DNA from: Vitrella brassicaformis CCMP3155
Lineage: Eukaryota; Protista; Chromerida
Direction: 5' to 3'
Assembly: GCA_001179505.1 (NCBI GenBank)
Contig: CDMY01000055.1
Span: 136,063-200,062, forward strand
Length of the DNA: 64,000 nt
Positions 23,640 through 36,000 of this stretch are shown here, in pieces. Within the stretch, counting starts at the first letter, position 1, and the number at the start of each line of letters is the position of its first letter. Under the pieces are notes generated by a model. The model was not told where the DNA came from. It did no database searches and worked only from the letters and a program-made list of their open reading frames with translations. The translations under genes were made by a program, and so were the position numbers.

Positions 23640-25110
23640 CTATCCCAGCACTGTCCTCTCGAGCCCATGTGTCGCCAGCAGCCGTCTGGCGACCCGCACG
23701 GCCGTGGGTTACCGCTCGATGGCCGTCCTGCCCTCTGTCGGTGCCTCGGTCGTCCAAAGGATGATGTTGCCATCAACCATATCTAGGTAGGCCACAGTAG
23801 CATCTGTCGCCTTGCTGCCCTTGAGCACGATGATCCGCCCGCGGCTGTCGTCCCTCTGCGCCACACGCTCAGCCATGATGCCGACTGTCTTGTGGCCGTG
23901 GATGGGCTCCGTCAGCAGGGACGTAGCGGCTGTCAGCACGACCGAGACGACCGACAGCCACCAGCTTCCACTCCACCCTCCCTTGACCCCCCCAGTGCTT
24001 CAGGACCATCGCCGTGAGGAATGCCGTGAAGGATGGGTAGAGATAGATCCAATGGCGAATGACGGGATCGCTCTCCTTGTATGTGCGACGATAGGGGTGG
24101 TTGTTGGGCAAATCGGATAGGGGGACTGTCACGAAGTCGAGATCGCCGATCTCATAGCGCCGTCTCGTCACCCCACCCCCACCATCACCATGCTGCCCCC
24201 CCTGATCGCTGCCCGCTGTACCGGCCTCGGCACTCGCGCCGTCAGCTCCATCCTGCTCATCCACCCGCTCCAGCGTTAGGCTCTCCCCTTTGTAGCTGAG
24301 CAAGTGGCCGAATGTCCTGTAAATGGCGAGGGCGGCCGGCATCTGCAGGAAGTCGCCCCTGCTGGCCAGGTGGTCCCCCATCCGCTTGGGCGACAGCCGC
24401 AGGGGCAGTGTCTTGATGAGCTTGTAGTTGCGCGCCAGGTGGATGAAGTCGGTCATCTGCACCCACACCGCCCCGCCCCGCTCGAGCGCATAGGCGCATT
24501 TGCTGTAGTAGCCGAACATTGACCGATACACGTCGACGAGGCCGGTCAAATGGTTGCTGTCGAGGAAGCCATCGATGCGCTTGAGCATGAAGGCCTCGTT
24601 GATGAGCTGTGTGCCGAAGAGGGTGTTGGCTGCCCTCGCCGGGCTGATGGCCACGTCGACAGGGAGATAGCCCACGATACCGTCACAGTACACATCGGCG
24701 GGCAGCCGATTGGCCGTCACGTCCACGGCATTGTCGCCATCAGCAGCAGCTGTGGTGTCTGGCTGAGATGGGGGAGGGGGCGGGGCGGCAGAGATGTGGT
24801 GGGCGATGGTCTGAATGGCAGCCGAGAGGGTCGACACGCTCGACTTGACAGATGACCAATCCTGTGCGACGATGGGAACCTAGCGGCAGACGGTTTCGCC
24901 CACACAGAAGAGGCAAATCCATGTATTGAGCCATTTCTTTCTCTGTGTGACCCACCTGGTCAGCGGCAATGGATGTCATTACTAAGGGCTCAACATCCGA
25001 CACCTCGGTCGCCACCTGCCACACGAGTCGAGTCTGTCAGTTTGGTCAGGTCGCATGTCAAACTTGTGTGTGCCATTCACCTGCTCCATGAGCGACTGTA
25101 TGGCCGCCAG
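23640..25110 (-). pseudogene. Family X copy 3, pseudogene (F-box-like motif, frameshift and premature stop)
   Basis: RLPADVYCDGIVGYLPVDVAISPARAAN (F-box-like) followed by the core. There is a frameshift at ~23925 (CGCTACGTCCCTG vs family CGCTATCGGTCCCTG) and an in-frame TAA in IER*PTAV. The N-terminal exons are homologous to those of copy 7; the 5' end is approximate. Confidence 0.8.
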
Positions 25111-25737
25111 CCGATGCCCCACGCCACACACAGCACCGGCAGACATCCCTGACACCGGCAATTAAGATGGGTACAGAGTGACAGCCAGCCGGTCCATCTT
25201 TCGCCTCGTCTGCTCACCGACAGAAGATTTGACAGAACAAGGAGAAGCAGCTGCTCAGACACCAGAGATCCACGCAGCCAAAACTGCTTGTGGATCACGA
25301 CCCACACCACACGTGCAAAGACAGCGCGCGAGCCGGCGTTTCGAACAAGCACGTCAGGCCCACTCACTCCTGTGTGCGGCAGGCCACTGGAGGCACTGCG
25401 ATTTTTTCAGGCTGTGCGGGACTAAGCTCGCAGACTATTCGCGATCCGCGACAAAACTGCTCTTTCTCGGGCGTCCTCGTCTCCCCAGTTTTGTCGCTGA
25501 GAGGCCTTGCCAAGGCTCTACGGGTTCATCGGAGAAACAAAAAAGGAAAAAGATCGACGAAGGGACGACGACATTGAGCATTGCCTTTTGGTGTTGGTGT
25601 TCGACAGCAACGCCCGCCGCGTGCGACAGCGACGCAGGTGAACAGAGCCAAGCCAAGAAGTCTTGTTTCGCATTACAATGATGTCAGATCTTTTGCGCGT
25701 TGGCCGTGTGTTCTTCAGTTCCGCTGGGCTGGGTGCG

Positions 25738-26916
25738 ATGTCTGATCTGCTGCCTGAGGAGCTTTGGCGTGAGCAGATTCTGCCCTTCCTTGTCGTCTGT
25801 GACGTCGTTGCCCTGCGAGCGACCAGCAGGGCCAAGGCGGCTCTGATCACGGCTGGCCTGCTGCTGCAGCGGATTGACGCCTGCCTCGAGAGGAATGAAC
25901 TGAATGGCACTGTTGATGTCGACCGAGTGTGGAGTGCTGGGGATGCGAATCAGCTTGGCGGGCTTGTTGGCCTGATTCTTTCCTACGTCAGGCGGCTTCC
26001 GGCATGCCCAAGACGACTGACGGGCCGACGGGCAAATGGGATGACGCACGTCGGCTATCTACTGCGATGCCTTTATGTGCTGGAGCAGGGCGGCAGTAAG
26101 TGGCGTGTGATGGGCATGATTGTCCGGCTGGCCGCTATCTATCAGCTGACCCCCAATGGGCTGCCCTTGACCATGTCGGTTGCTCATTTGCCGACCCGGT
26201 GGGCCTTCCATCAGATGCCAGTCATGATGTCCGTCTACACGACCATCCAGCACCAGCTCAGCTACCGAGGGAGCAGCCTGGCCCTGCAGCCGGCAGCAAT
26301 CAACATTGACGGGTCAACATTCCTATCGTTGCTGAGATGGTGCCTCATGGCCGGCACTGTCGGGCCCTTTGGTGTGATGCCTCACGGCGAGATGCCGGCC
26401 AGCCACCGCTATTTAGTGGAATACAAGAGCGAAGACCCCGTCATCCGCTGCGGACCGCGGCTCTTCCCCTCCTTCTCGGCATTTCTGGTGCGGAGCCTCT
26501 GCTGCCGGTGGTCGGATCAGGAGGCAGCGGGTGACAGGGAGGTGCTTACTGCACACATAGGCGACAGACATCCCTGCTATTGGAAGCTTCTCAGGGCCGA
26601 CGACGTGCCTCAGCAGCTGGGCATGACTGTGGACCATCGATATGACAATGGCGACATTCATCGGGCACATCCAGCCGAGTATCGTGGTGTAGTTGTGAGC
26701 GGCTTTCGGCCTGGCGACGCTGTTGCTGCTCGTCTGTCGGTGGGGTTTGGGCGGATTCAGCTGCATTCGACCGAGCCGCCCGTTGCTGGCCCGGCTGCAT
26801 CGCTGGACGAGGTGCTCGATGTGCGTTTCCCGGTGTCGATGCCCATGTGGCGCAGTGTGTTGAAGCGGTTCGACCTCGAGGAGGACGTCATCAACAGAGG
26901 GAGAGTGCTGGTGTGA
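25738..26916 (+). CDS. Family X copy 4, intact, N-terminal F-box-like motif
   Basis: Intronless ORF starting MSDLLPEELWREQILPFLVVCDVVALRATSR (LPxELWxxILxFLxxxDxxxLRxTS) and containing QLTPNGLPL, YRGSSLAL, SEDPVIR, FPSFSAFL and LHSTEPP. Confidence 0.8.
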   Translation: MSDLLPEELWREQILPFLVVCDVVALRATSRAKAALITAGLLLQRIDACLERNELNGTVDVDRVWSAGDANQLGGLVGLILSYVRRLPACPRRLTGRRANGMTHVGYLLRCLYVLEQGGSKWRVMGMIVRLAAIYQLTPNGLPLTMSVAHLPTRWAFHQMPVMMSVYTTIQHQLSYRGSSLALQPAAINIDGSTFLSLLRWCLMAGTVGPFGVMPHGEMPASHRYLVEYKSEDPVIRCGPRLFPSFSAFLVRSLCCRWSDQEAAGDREVLTAHIGDRHPCYWKLLRADDVPQQLGMTVDHRYDNGDIHRAHPAEYRGVVVSGFRPGDAVAARLSVGFGRIQLHSTEPPVAGPAASLDEVLDVRFPVSMPMWRSVLKRFDLEEDVINRGRVLV

Positions 26917-27529
26917 AACTGCTGTGAGGGGGCTAGTAGTCTAGTAGGCTAGTAGGTGGTATAGACCATGACCATTACACGGACGACATGACGGAGGCGT
27001 ATGGGTAGAAAAAGGCCGGTACGGGATTTGTCTGGTGCCATGTCGGTGCTGTGCTGTGCTGTGCTGTGCTGTTCTGTGTCTGTGTGTGTAGCCAATCCGT
27101 CAAGCGAATGGGATAGCGATAGCTCATTCGTACGGCTATGTGTAGACGTGTGTTTGTGAGTGACTCGTTGATGGGACACCTGGGTGTAGCTGGTGAAGCG
27201 TATGAAGCGTGAGACAAAACCTCACTTTGCAGCGCACCGACGAGTCAGGTCGCGTCATGGATGAAGGACACAAAGCTCAAAGACACTTCAGTAAGCCAAG
27301 TAGTCGCTAATACTGCAAATCCCTCTTCCCGACCACACACTTGCCAGCATTACGTACTCAGCCTGGCCAACACGCATCCATCCAACACAGGTGACAAGAC
27401 ACGATGATGGATGGACACAGCAATCAGCAATGGGTCTCTCCTGGTGCTTCTCACCTGCAGGCATGTCATGTACGTCGGCTTTCATCATTCACCCGAGGAC
27501 CGCTCGGGGGTCGGGCTAGTCCATGTCTG

Positions 27530-27880
27530 ATCAGCAGGGGACAGCAACTGGGAAGCGCTCGATGTGCGTGCTGCCCTCGATCGGTGCCCCGGTCGTGTCA
27601 AGTTCGATGCCGCCACTGCCGACCCACAGGTAGGCCGCAATGGTGTCGGTGCCCTTAAGGATGATTCGCCGGCGACCGTCGTCTCCCTGGCCCCCCGACC
27701 GGGCCTATCTGGCCCAGTGATTGAGCCCGGAGGGCGATGGAAGAAGGCCCCAGATCTCCCTGCTAACAGCGAATGGTTCGCCAGCCAGGCAGGCAGCCAG
27801 CCAGCCGTTCGTTCTTTTGCAGCGGCACAAGCTCAGAAGGAAGGCCAGGCCTGCACACTCACATGATGACAACGAACACG
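27530..27880 (-). pseudogene. Family X copy 5, degenerate C-terminal fragment
   Basis: Translates to GDDGRRRIILKGTDTIAAYLWVGSGGIELDTTGAPIEGSTHIERFPVAV, with weaker upstream similarity (AFLLSLCRC) and an in-frame stop. Confidence 0.65.
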
Positions 27881-28554
27881 TGCCATTGATCGATACACTT
27901 GCCGTGGTCTTTGGCTCAACCACTGTCCAGAAGTGATGGCGTGGCGTGTTGTTCGATGCCGGCGGCCTCCACACACCAATAAGACACCATCAAATCAACC
28001 AGGGAGGACAGGCCATCATGTTAAGGATGGACCCATCCACGGACGACACAGAGTCCAGACCTGCAAGCAGAGAGGCAGGCAGTGTCGCCGCAGCGAGGCA
28101 ATGAACACATCTGGAATCAGCCTTTCGCCTCATCGGACTCACTCACCTCTTCGCTACGATGGGGAGGCGGCCTTTCCTTAATTGCCTCTCTCTGCATCCC
28201 GAGCTCGCGAATAGATCGGCATTGGGGAAACGACGGGCTTCCTGGAGGCCAAGCAGCGCTGGAGTGTCTGGAGGTGGCATGAGGAGCTGAGGGATGCTTT
28301 CGATCAATCGATGACGTTCAGCTCTGATGCAGATCTGCTGACGCCTACTCTGCACAATGAAGGTCCGAATGGCGGTGGAGAGCAAGAGAGCCCACATGTT
28401 TGACATTCCTACTTGCTTGCATTTCCTTCAGAAGCGAGGTGGTTTTGATGAGTGACCAGGGCAGATCTGCTGTGAGAAGAGGCTGTCGGACGCCGGCCTG
28501 CTAACTTCCCCGCCTCTGTGTGTGCCTATGTGATGGGTATTCTGATGAGATCAG

Positions 28555-31500
28555 ATGGCCATGGCCTCCCCTTCTCTCCGGTGCTGTTCGTCCTTCCTGG
28601 TGGTCGCCCACAAAGATCCCTCCCAGCTCCTGGCCTACCGCACGCAGAGCCTCTCACCGCAGCAGCCGTCCTCAGGCCCGTCCGTCGCGCCACTCGTGTT
28701 TGCCGCCCACCCGGATGCCGTCGACGTGACGATGGACGTGCAGGACTTCAGGGTGGAGGAGAGGGAGGAGGGGCCGCTGCTGAGTGCGGTCCTCGCGTGG
28801 CGGGGGCGGCAGCAGGGGGGCAAGCTCGTGGCCAGGGAGCTGGTGCTCGCCAACCTCTCGCGGCTGTATGAAGGTGAGGTACCGATGGCTGGCTGCACGG
28901 AGGGGGGTGCATTCGATGTGCGTCTGGTTTGCCTGGCTGGCTGGCTGCCTCTCTGGCTGGCTGCAGAAACGACGGAGGATTTCCTGGGCGTCAAGCCCGT
29001 CGACCTCCCCCCTCCCTCTCTATCCCCCAGCCCGTCATCCGCATCTCATCACACCATCCAGTGGGTGCAGCGGTGTGACCTCTCCAGGCTGCCACCACTC
29101 CTGCACCGCCCCTCACAGCCCCTCCCCTCCCTCTCAATGCAGATCATGAGCACAGCCCTCCCTCTGGCACTCTTGGAGGTGTCCATCGAGCTGGAGCACC
29201 CTCTGCTATCCCTCGCCCCACTCAAGCCATCGGTGACTATCGCTGTCGGTCTCCGGGAAGAGAATGCGGCGCAGGAGGCGCCATGTGCGGCCGCTGCAGC
29301 GGCTGCCGCTGGTGGTGGTGTAGAGGATTGGTGTGGTGATGAGAGTTCGGGTGGAGTAGTGGTACATGAGGTCAATGTGTCGTCGGTTCTCACGTGTGAC
29401 ATCAGGTGCGTCGGGCGGGCGGGTGGGTTGGTGGATGGCCTACCCCTCCCTCACTTGTTGTGTTGTGCTGTGCTGTGTTATGTCGGTCAGCCATGCGTTG
29501 TGGCGCGGCCTGACGGGAGGGGATCCTCCAGGTGACATATGGGACATGGGCGATGCTGCCGATGACGACAATGACATTGAGGACCGTTGCGGTAGAGCGG
29601 CGCCGCCCACCGACACTGCAGGCGGCATCTCAGTGGTCATCTGGGTGGACAAAAAGGGCGGGTGAGTGGGCGGGCGAATACACACCACGTAGATCTCATC
29701 TTGCGTGTGTTGTGCTTCAGGGTGTACATCGCATCCGCCGCGGCATTCTCGGATAGCCTCATGGCGATGGTCAACTCGCCAGCATCTTCACCACCACCGG
29801 ACGACATCGACACATCCGGCCCGCCCGATCAGCTGCCCGTCACCATCTGTCCCAGAACTCTTCCTCCCGCTGGCAGCAATGCAGCTTCAAACACCGATCG
29901 CCCCCAGCCGTCCCTGTCACACGCGCTGATGCCCTCGTCATCGATGTTTGCCATCGGAGAGAGGCCTCATGCCTTCCTGCTGGCACTCAAGCGTGCGGAC
30001 GACGATCGGCATGCCGCGGACGCCATCGCAGTGATATCGTAAGAGGAACAGGAGACGAGAACATTCGAATAAATGCTTACCGACTTGGTCTGTGTGTGCG
30101 CTTGCAGCGATGAAGGCGAGGTGTGGGTGGCGTCGTGTGGGTCAGGTGGTGGTGAGAGGGGGCCGAGGGGTATCATGGGTGCGGTGGCGCCCATCTGCCG
30201 CGGTGGGGCCATCCGCTTCCGCAACGAAGAGGATGGTGGTAATGGCACAGAGAGGGCCGTCCATGTGCAGCAGGTCGACTGCGCCAATGACCAACAGGTA
30301 CACAGCCTTTTGATTTGATGCCCTTGTGCTGGTGGTTTGGGTTGGATGGGTTAATCTCAAATCAATCAGGTGTATGTGATGGGCGACGACGGCACCACAT
30401 GGCGGGTGGACCTCAGTGGGGCGTCCTGGCCCCCCCTCGCCCAGCCAATGCCCATAGCCCCAGCCACACAGGCAAGACATACCGACACTCACCCACCCAC
30501 CCCTGACCAACCCCCCTGTGAGCTCAGATATGTGTGTTTGGGCATGCTTCGCCGTGGTTGGCGTACGTGACGGTGCTAGACGAGGTGAGGCGACACCGCA
30601 TCGAGCCCCCCGCTGGCAGGGCAGCACGAGAGAGGGGCGACGGGCCCAGTGGTGCGGGTGCATTGTCGCCTCGTGTGTCGGAGCTGGCAGAGATGGGCAA
30701 GCGCCTCCACGACCAGATTCAACGACTACAGAAGGAGAAGGAGGTAAGTCAGCACGTCGACGGGCACTCAACCACACTCTGCCCTGGTCTCTCTCTCTCT
30801 CCCTCTCTGTCCTCCAGATGAACAGCGCTGCTCTGTCGTCCCTGAGCCGGCTGTCGTTGGTGCTGGCGGTGCCCTGGTACCTGCACGTCGCCATCAAACA
30901 GCCCGGGGGGCCCAATAGGGGCGGTCTGTCCGGCCGAGCACCATCTTCATCATCGTCGTCACTGCATGTGACCGTGAGGCCCCGGCCGATGTCGCTCGGC
31001 AGTGCCCACATGGGTTTGATCAAGGCTCTCCTTGCCGGCACGTCGAATGAGGACATGCAGACCACAGGCGCCGGTGGTGGTGGTGGTGGTGGTGCGGGCA
31101 TCATGCAGGCTGACGGTAGGCAACAAGCAGAGAGGCAGAGCGGCAGGGAGGGAGCGATTCCCACGGATTCATCTGTGGATCATTTTTTGTCTGTTCTGTG
31201 TGGGCGCGGCGCGTATGTGCGTGCAGTGGTGTTGGTGCTGGTGCGGACGGGCGTCCCATCGTCGAGTGGAATGAGCCGTGCAGAGAGCCACCCGCCCACA
31301 GCATCCTCACCGAACCCAGACACGCTGCTGCTGAGAGGCCTGGCCACACTGTGGGCCGGCGAATCTGGGACCCCTGCGATGCGGCCAGACAGCCTCGCCG
31401 ATATGCTGCACTGGTAAGTGATAGGGAGAGAGCGAGTGAGAGTGGGAGGGCAGTTGCGCGTGTGTGACGCATGGTGTCCGTTGGTATATGTGTGTGCGAT

Positions 31501-32126
31501 GCAGGCGTGTTGATGTGTGTTCGTCGGGCTGTGTGGGGTGCGCCACGGCCCCACCCACTCTTGCACAAGTGTGGATCATACACCCAGGTCACCACATTGA
31601 CAAGTAGATAGACAGACCGGCAGAAAGACAACACACCAGGACAGACGCGCAGTTTTTTTTTTTTGGTCGCGTGTTTTGCCCTTGGTTGCGCCAGACGTGG
31701 GCCGTCCGCTGCTGCTGGCTCAGAAGGGCGCGATCGACGACCACATCAATGCAGCGGTGGTCAACGCATTTGACCATGACGGCAATGACAATGACGACGT
31801 GATGGCGATGGCTGGCCGACGGCAAGGACAAGACGGCAACGCGCCCTCACATAACCAAACTGCCGCATACCTGCAGGTGGGTGGGTGAGTGAGTGAGCCG
31901 GCAAACAGAATCCCTCCCGTCTGTGTGAGCATTCATTGGTTGTGTCTGCGTGCAGTTGGCGGGGATAGCGGCCCTGAGTCTGCCGAAGGTGAGGGCCATA
32001 GGTGTCGTGCCCGCCATGACGAGCCGCGAGGCCGCGCAGCACAAGGCGGCCCTCGTGGACATCTACACCAAGATCAGACAGATCGACATCCACAAGGGCG
32101 GACAGACAGAGATGGACACAACATAG
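28555..32126 (+). CDS. Hypothetical multi-exon protein (beta-rich N-half, coiled-coil segment)
   Basis: A series of GC3-rich exons bounded by GT-AG microsatellite introns, e.g. VDVTMDVQDFRVEE, HAFLLALKR, VYVMGDDGTTWRVDL, ELAEMGKRLHDQIQRLQKEKE and KAALVDIYTKIRQIDIHK...TT*. No family recognised. Confidence 0.6.
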
Positions 32127-32250
32127 GTAGATGGCATATGGCATAGCAGCTTCCCGACCGGTCGATCATCCATCTGTGACGTGACCAGAGCGGATGGTGT
32201 GTGTAGAGAGACACGCCCACAGGCGTGTGCGTCGTGGTGGTGGTAGCTAC

Positions 32251-32454
32251 TAGGTCGGTCGGCATACATGTGCAGATCTTCCGTATTAATTGCGGCCGGC
32301 AGTGAGCGCTATTCGACTGACTGACACGGATGTCTGTCTGTGTGTAGATAACAACAATACGCATAATTCTGGAAGGTTGCTTGGCGCCGCACAGCGAGCA
32401 GCAAGGCCGCACCACAGCAGCACGCATCATTGAGGCTCGACACATATGAAGTCG
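32251..32454 (+). repeat. Dispersed ~205-bp repeat, copy A (copy B at 42870-43082)
   Basis: Direct-orientation similarity (TCGGTCGGCATACATGTGCAGA...GTATTAATTGCGGCCGGCAGTGAG...GATAACAACAATACGCATAA...GAGGCTCGACAC). Confidence 0.9.
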
Positions 32455-33003
32455 CCATTCTTCCTTGTGTCAGTAATAGCAATGAGGCATTTGGAGTTTG
32501 GAGTTTGGCATTTGGAAATGGACTCTTTTTCCAAGTGCACTCCTCTACGACTACCACTGGCACACGTGGCATCACCAAGTTGTCACCTACGTTGCGTGGC
32601 TAGCTGTTCTACACCCACCGACGACACACCCACACGCCCCTTCTGTCTGCCTGTCTGTCTGCCTGCCTGCCACGCTACAACAGAGGTCTGCATGTGCATA
32701 AAGCCTTCAGATCACCGAGCCAGTCATACGAACCAGCCAGAGCGGTGCATGTCCATATATATCTTGAGGTGCATGTATGGACAAAAATATACATGTATGT
32801 ACACAAAAATATGTATGCATATATGTATATACACAAAAGTATTTATGTACACAGAGTCGTGTGTGCGCGCACAGCAGATCGAGTGTGTTGCCGTCGGCCA
32901 GACCGACACAAAAAATAAATGCTGCCTCACTCTCTCACTCGCAGCACGAAAATAAATCGACATATACTCAGCACTTCTCTTCTTGCAAATGTACGCGCGT
33001 CGA

Positions 33004-36000
33004 CTACGACGCAGCGGAAGAGTGCTGGCAGACAGCCACGGCGTCATAAACGGCCTCGGCCGACACGGACAATGCCACACTGTCCTCCTCGTCACTGCTC
33101 AGCCGGTGCCAATCGACACGCATGAGATGATGGCAGGGGGGCGTCAGGGCGGCCGTGTGGGGGTCGCTCTGCAAGTGCGACTGGGTCGAGCTGACAGGCG
33201 ACACCGAGCCGGTCATAGGCACCTCATCTGCTGCATCGCCACATGGCGTCTCGACCACTGTGGGCGCGAGGCTGACGAGGGCCTCTGGGATGGCATCCTG
33301 CAGACAGCAGAAGAGACGGCCTTGGCCATACTCACAGACACCCCCGTAAATGTATCTCTGGCTGACCGGTGGGCTGCCTTTATCGATGAGTGCTCGTTTG
33401 GCCTTGCGGAACGCCTCATAGAGCCCCCGCCAGCCGCCAGTGTGCTGCTGGGGGTCTGTCGGTACCTCGGTGGCGGCCTTCTCGAGATCACTGCCGTCGG
33501 CCGTCCGTTTGAGCTGGTGCATCTGCTCTCTCGTGACGAGCTCGTCCACCACATAGGACAAGTTGGCCTGCAGGTCGTGCAATGTGATGCCCGCAGACAC
33601 CTCTGAGGGCACCGGCTGCTCGCTTGGTTCATCAGTGGACGTCTTGCCGGCCTCCGATTGGATCGATACTGCACACATCACCATCCCGTGATAGCACGAA
33701 TCAGTGTGGTACGTATCATGGTCCATGCAGTAAACCGACCGTCGCTAGAGCGTCGACTGCGAAATACATTGGAGAGGTCGCTCGTCCGCATGTGCCGCAG
33801 ACCCTGGGGGACACACACAGGCCGATCGACCGTACAGACGGGGGGTCTTCTGTCCTTCGCCTCACCGTCACTGTGCGGTCGTCGGGTCTTGGCAGATGGA
33901 CGACCACATGGCCTCGTCGACGGCTGCGCATCTCCACTCGCTTCTGCCGCAGGCCCTGCACCAGGAAGGCGTGGCTCCACAGAAACTCATGGCTGGCCAA
34001 ACCACCAAACACACACATACACACAGACAGCAGAAGACATCGGGGCGCGTGTTGGTATGCTTACAGGTCGCTGGGCACGTGTGTGAGTTTGAGTCTCTCG
34101 ATGGCGTCCTGCATGGCGGCTGACGTCAGCTGCATGGCTGTCACCGCACGATGTACCGGCCACCCGACACACGGATGGCACCCCTCTGATGCAGCGGGGG
34201 GGCCGTCGGCAGAGAGAGCAGCACTGGACCAGTCATAGAAGACCTTCGGTGAGATGCGCCGTTTCTCCTCCTCTCTGTTGATGAGCCACGACAAAAGAGG
34301 GCCCGTCACACGACCGGACATCATACGGGCTGAAAGGACACGACAGGGCACAAGCAGCCAGATGGAACCGAGCGTGCTGATTGGATGCTCTTCCGTTGCC
34401 TACCAATAGCATTTTCGCGGTCGGTGATGGCCGTGTATCTGTAGCCGACTTGCAGCAGGCCATACCGACATACCTGCGCGGCCAGCAAAATATGATGCAC
34501 CAGATTGGCCAGAATGACAACGAGCACGAGGCCGATCGTCAACACAAGAGAGGTCCCCTCGGGCAGCATGACAACGAACTGCATGACGAGCAGCGACACG
34601 AACCACACCAGCAGCCCACGCAGCTCAGACCGATTGAGGATGTCCATGCTGCTTCGGTCGAAGGGCCAAACAGCGAATTGCAGCGCCAGACACACACTGG
34701 CGACCACAGTCCAGCCGAGCAGCTGCTGGCGGGGCTGCGCCGTCGCTCGCTGTGCGATCAGCAGCACCAACACGCGCCTCATGGCCAGCACAAAGTCCCA
34801 GTAGTGGAAGTTCTTGCGATAGCCTACATAAAGGAAGCCCACCCTTCTGCGCGTGTGGGGGTCCTGCAGGCGGTCTCTGTGCCGCCACAGAAACGCCACG
34901 CCACACACCATTGGTGCGAGCGTCCACAATAACAGACCAGCCACAGCAACCCACAAGAACGGGGCATGCTCGGCAGATCCGAAGAGAACATGGGAATCGA
35001 GGTCCATTCTCGAGCGCATGTCATCCATCGGATCAGTGGGCAGCAGGCTGACACTCTCTCCTGAGGCGATAGGGGTAGGCGAACCCACATAGGGGAAAGG
35101 CCGGCAGCGCAGGAGGGCCAGCATGCTCTTGGTCACGGTGGGATAGAGAAAGGTGAGGTTGACGACCATCATGGTCCCCCTTTTGTCGAGCCACTGCCGC
35201 CATCGGCCGCTCTTGTGGGCCTCCGTTAGGGAATGCTGGCAGGACGGAGGCGTCACTGACTCGGTTCGAAAGTCCTCCTGAAATGTGACTGACCGCTGGC
35301 GAGGGCAGTGAGCGGCAGGTGTGTCTGTCTTGCCGTTGGCGACGGATGGCGGTGCCGAGAGGGCCCGGATGTTTGTGTCGGTGGCGAGTGAGGCTCGTTC
35401 GTTGCTGCCAACGCGCCGTCTTGACTTGAAGGCATCACGCACTCGGTCAAACCCGCTCGCTGCAGCCACGACACGAGCCACAAATGATCACATGCATCGC
35501 CCCCTAGAGTGTGTGTTCGTGGTTACCAATGATAGGCACAGCAGTGAGCCAGACGAGTGGCAAAGCCAACCACACGGCATTGCGGTACAGAACGCACTTA
35601 TCGCCCACGTATGGCCTCAGCAGGGACTCCCACACTCCTCGCAGCTGAGGAACCCCGCCGGTCCAGGCGAAGAACCCGCCGAGCAGTGAGGATATCTGGC
35701 CGCCCCAGACGGACGACTCGTCAAACGCGAGAAAGGCCAAACCACATACCTGCACACACACACACATACGGCAACATCATATACAGGCGATGGAAGGTGG
35801 GTGCATGAGTTTCTGTTTATCCGCCATTGCGTACAGCAGTGATGTGTGAGAGGCCGATTTTGATCAGCTGAGACGGCACCTGAGCGCGCAGAGACGACGA
35901 AGCCCTGACACACACCCGTAAGCTCAACACGAAGATTGATCGAATTAAAACTTTGCGTGAGAGATGGACCTTTCAGCAAGCGCCGTGAGTATGAAGATGG

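Noticed and set aside
28555-32126. FANCB/BBS-like propeller plus coiled-coil assignment
   Set aside because: There is only a vague architectural resemblance and no diagnostic motif.
32700-32860. AT-rich (TA/CATG) tract as origin or regulatory element
   Set aside because: It is simple low-complexity intergenic microsatellite with no defined structure.
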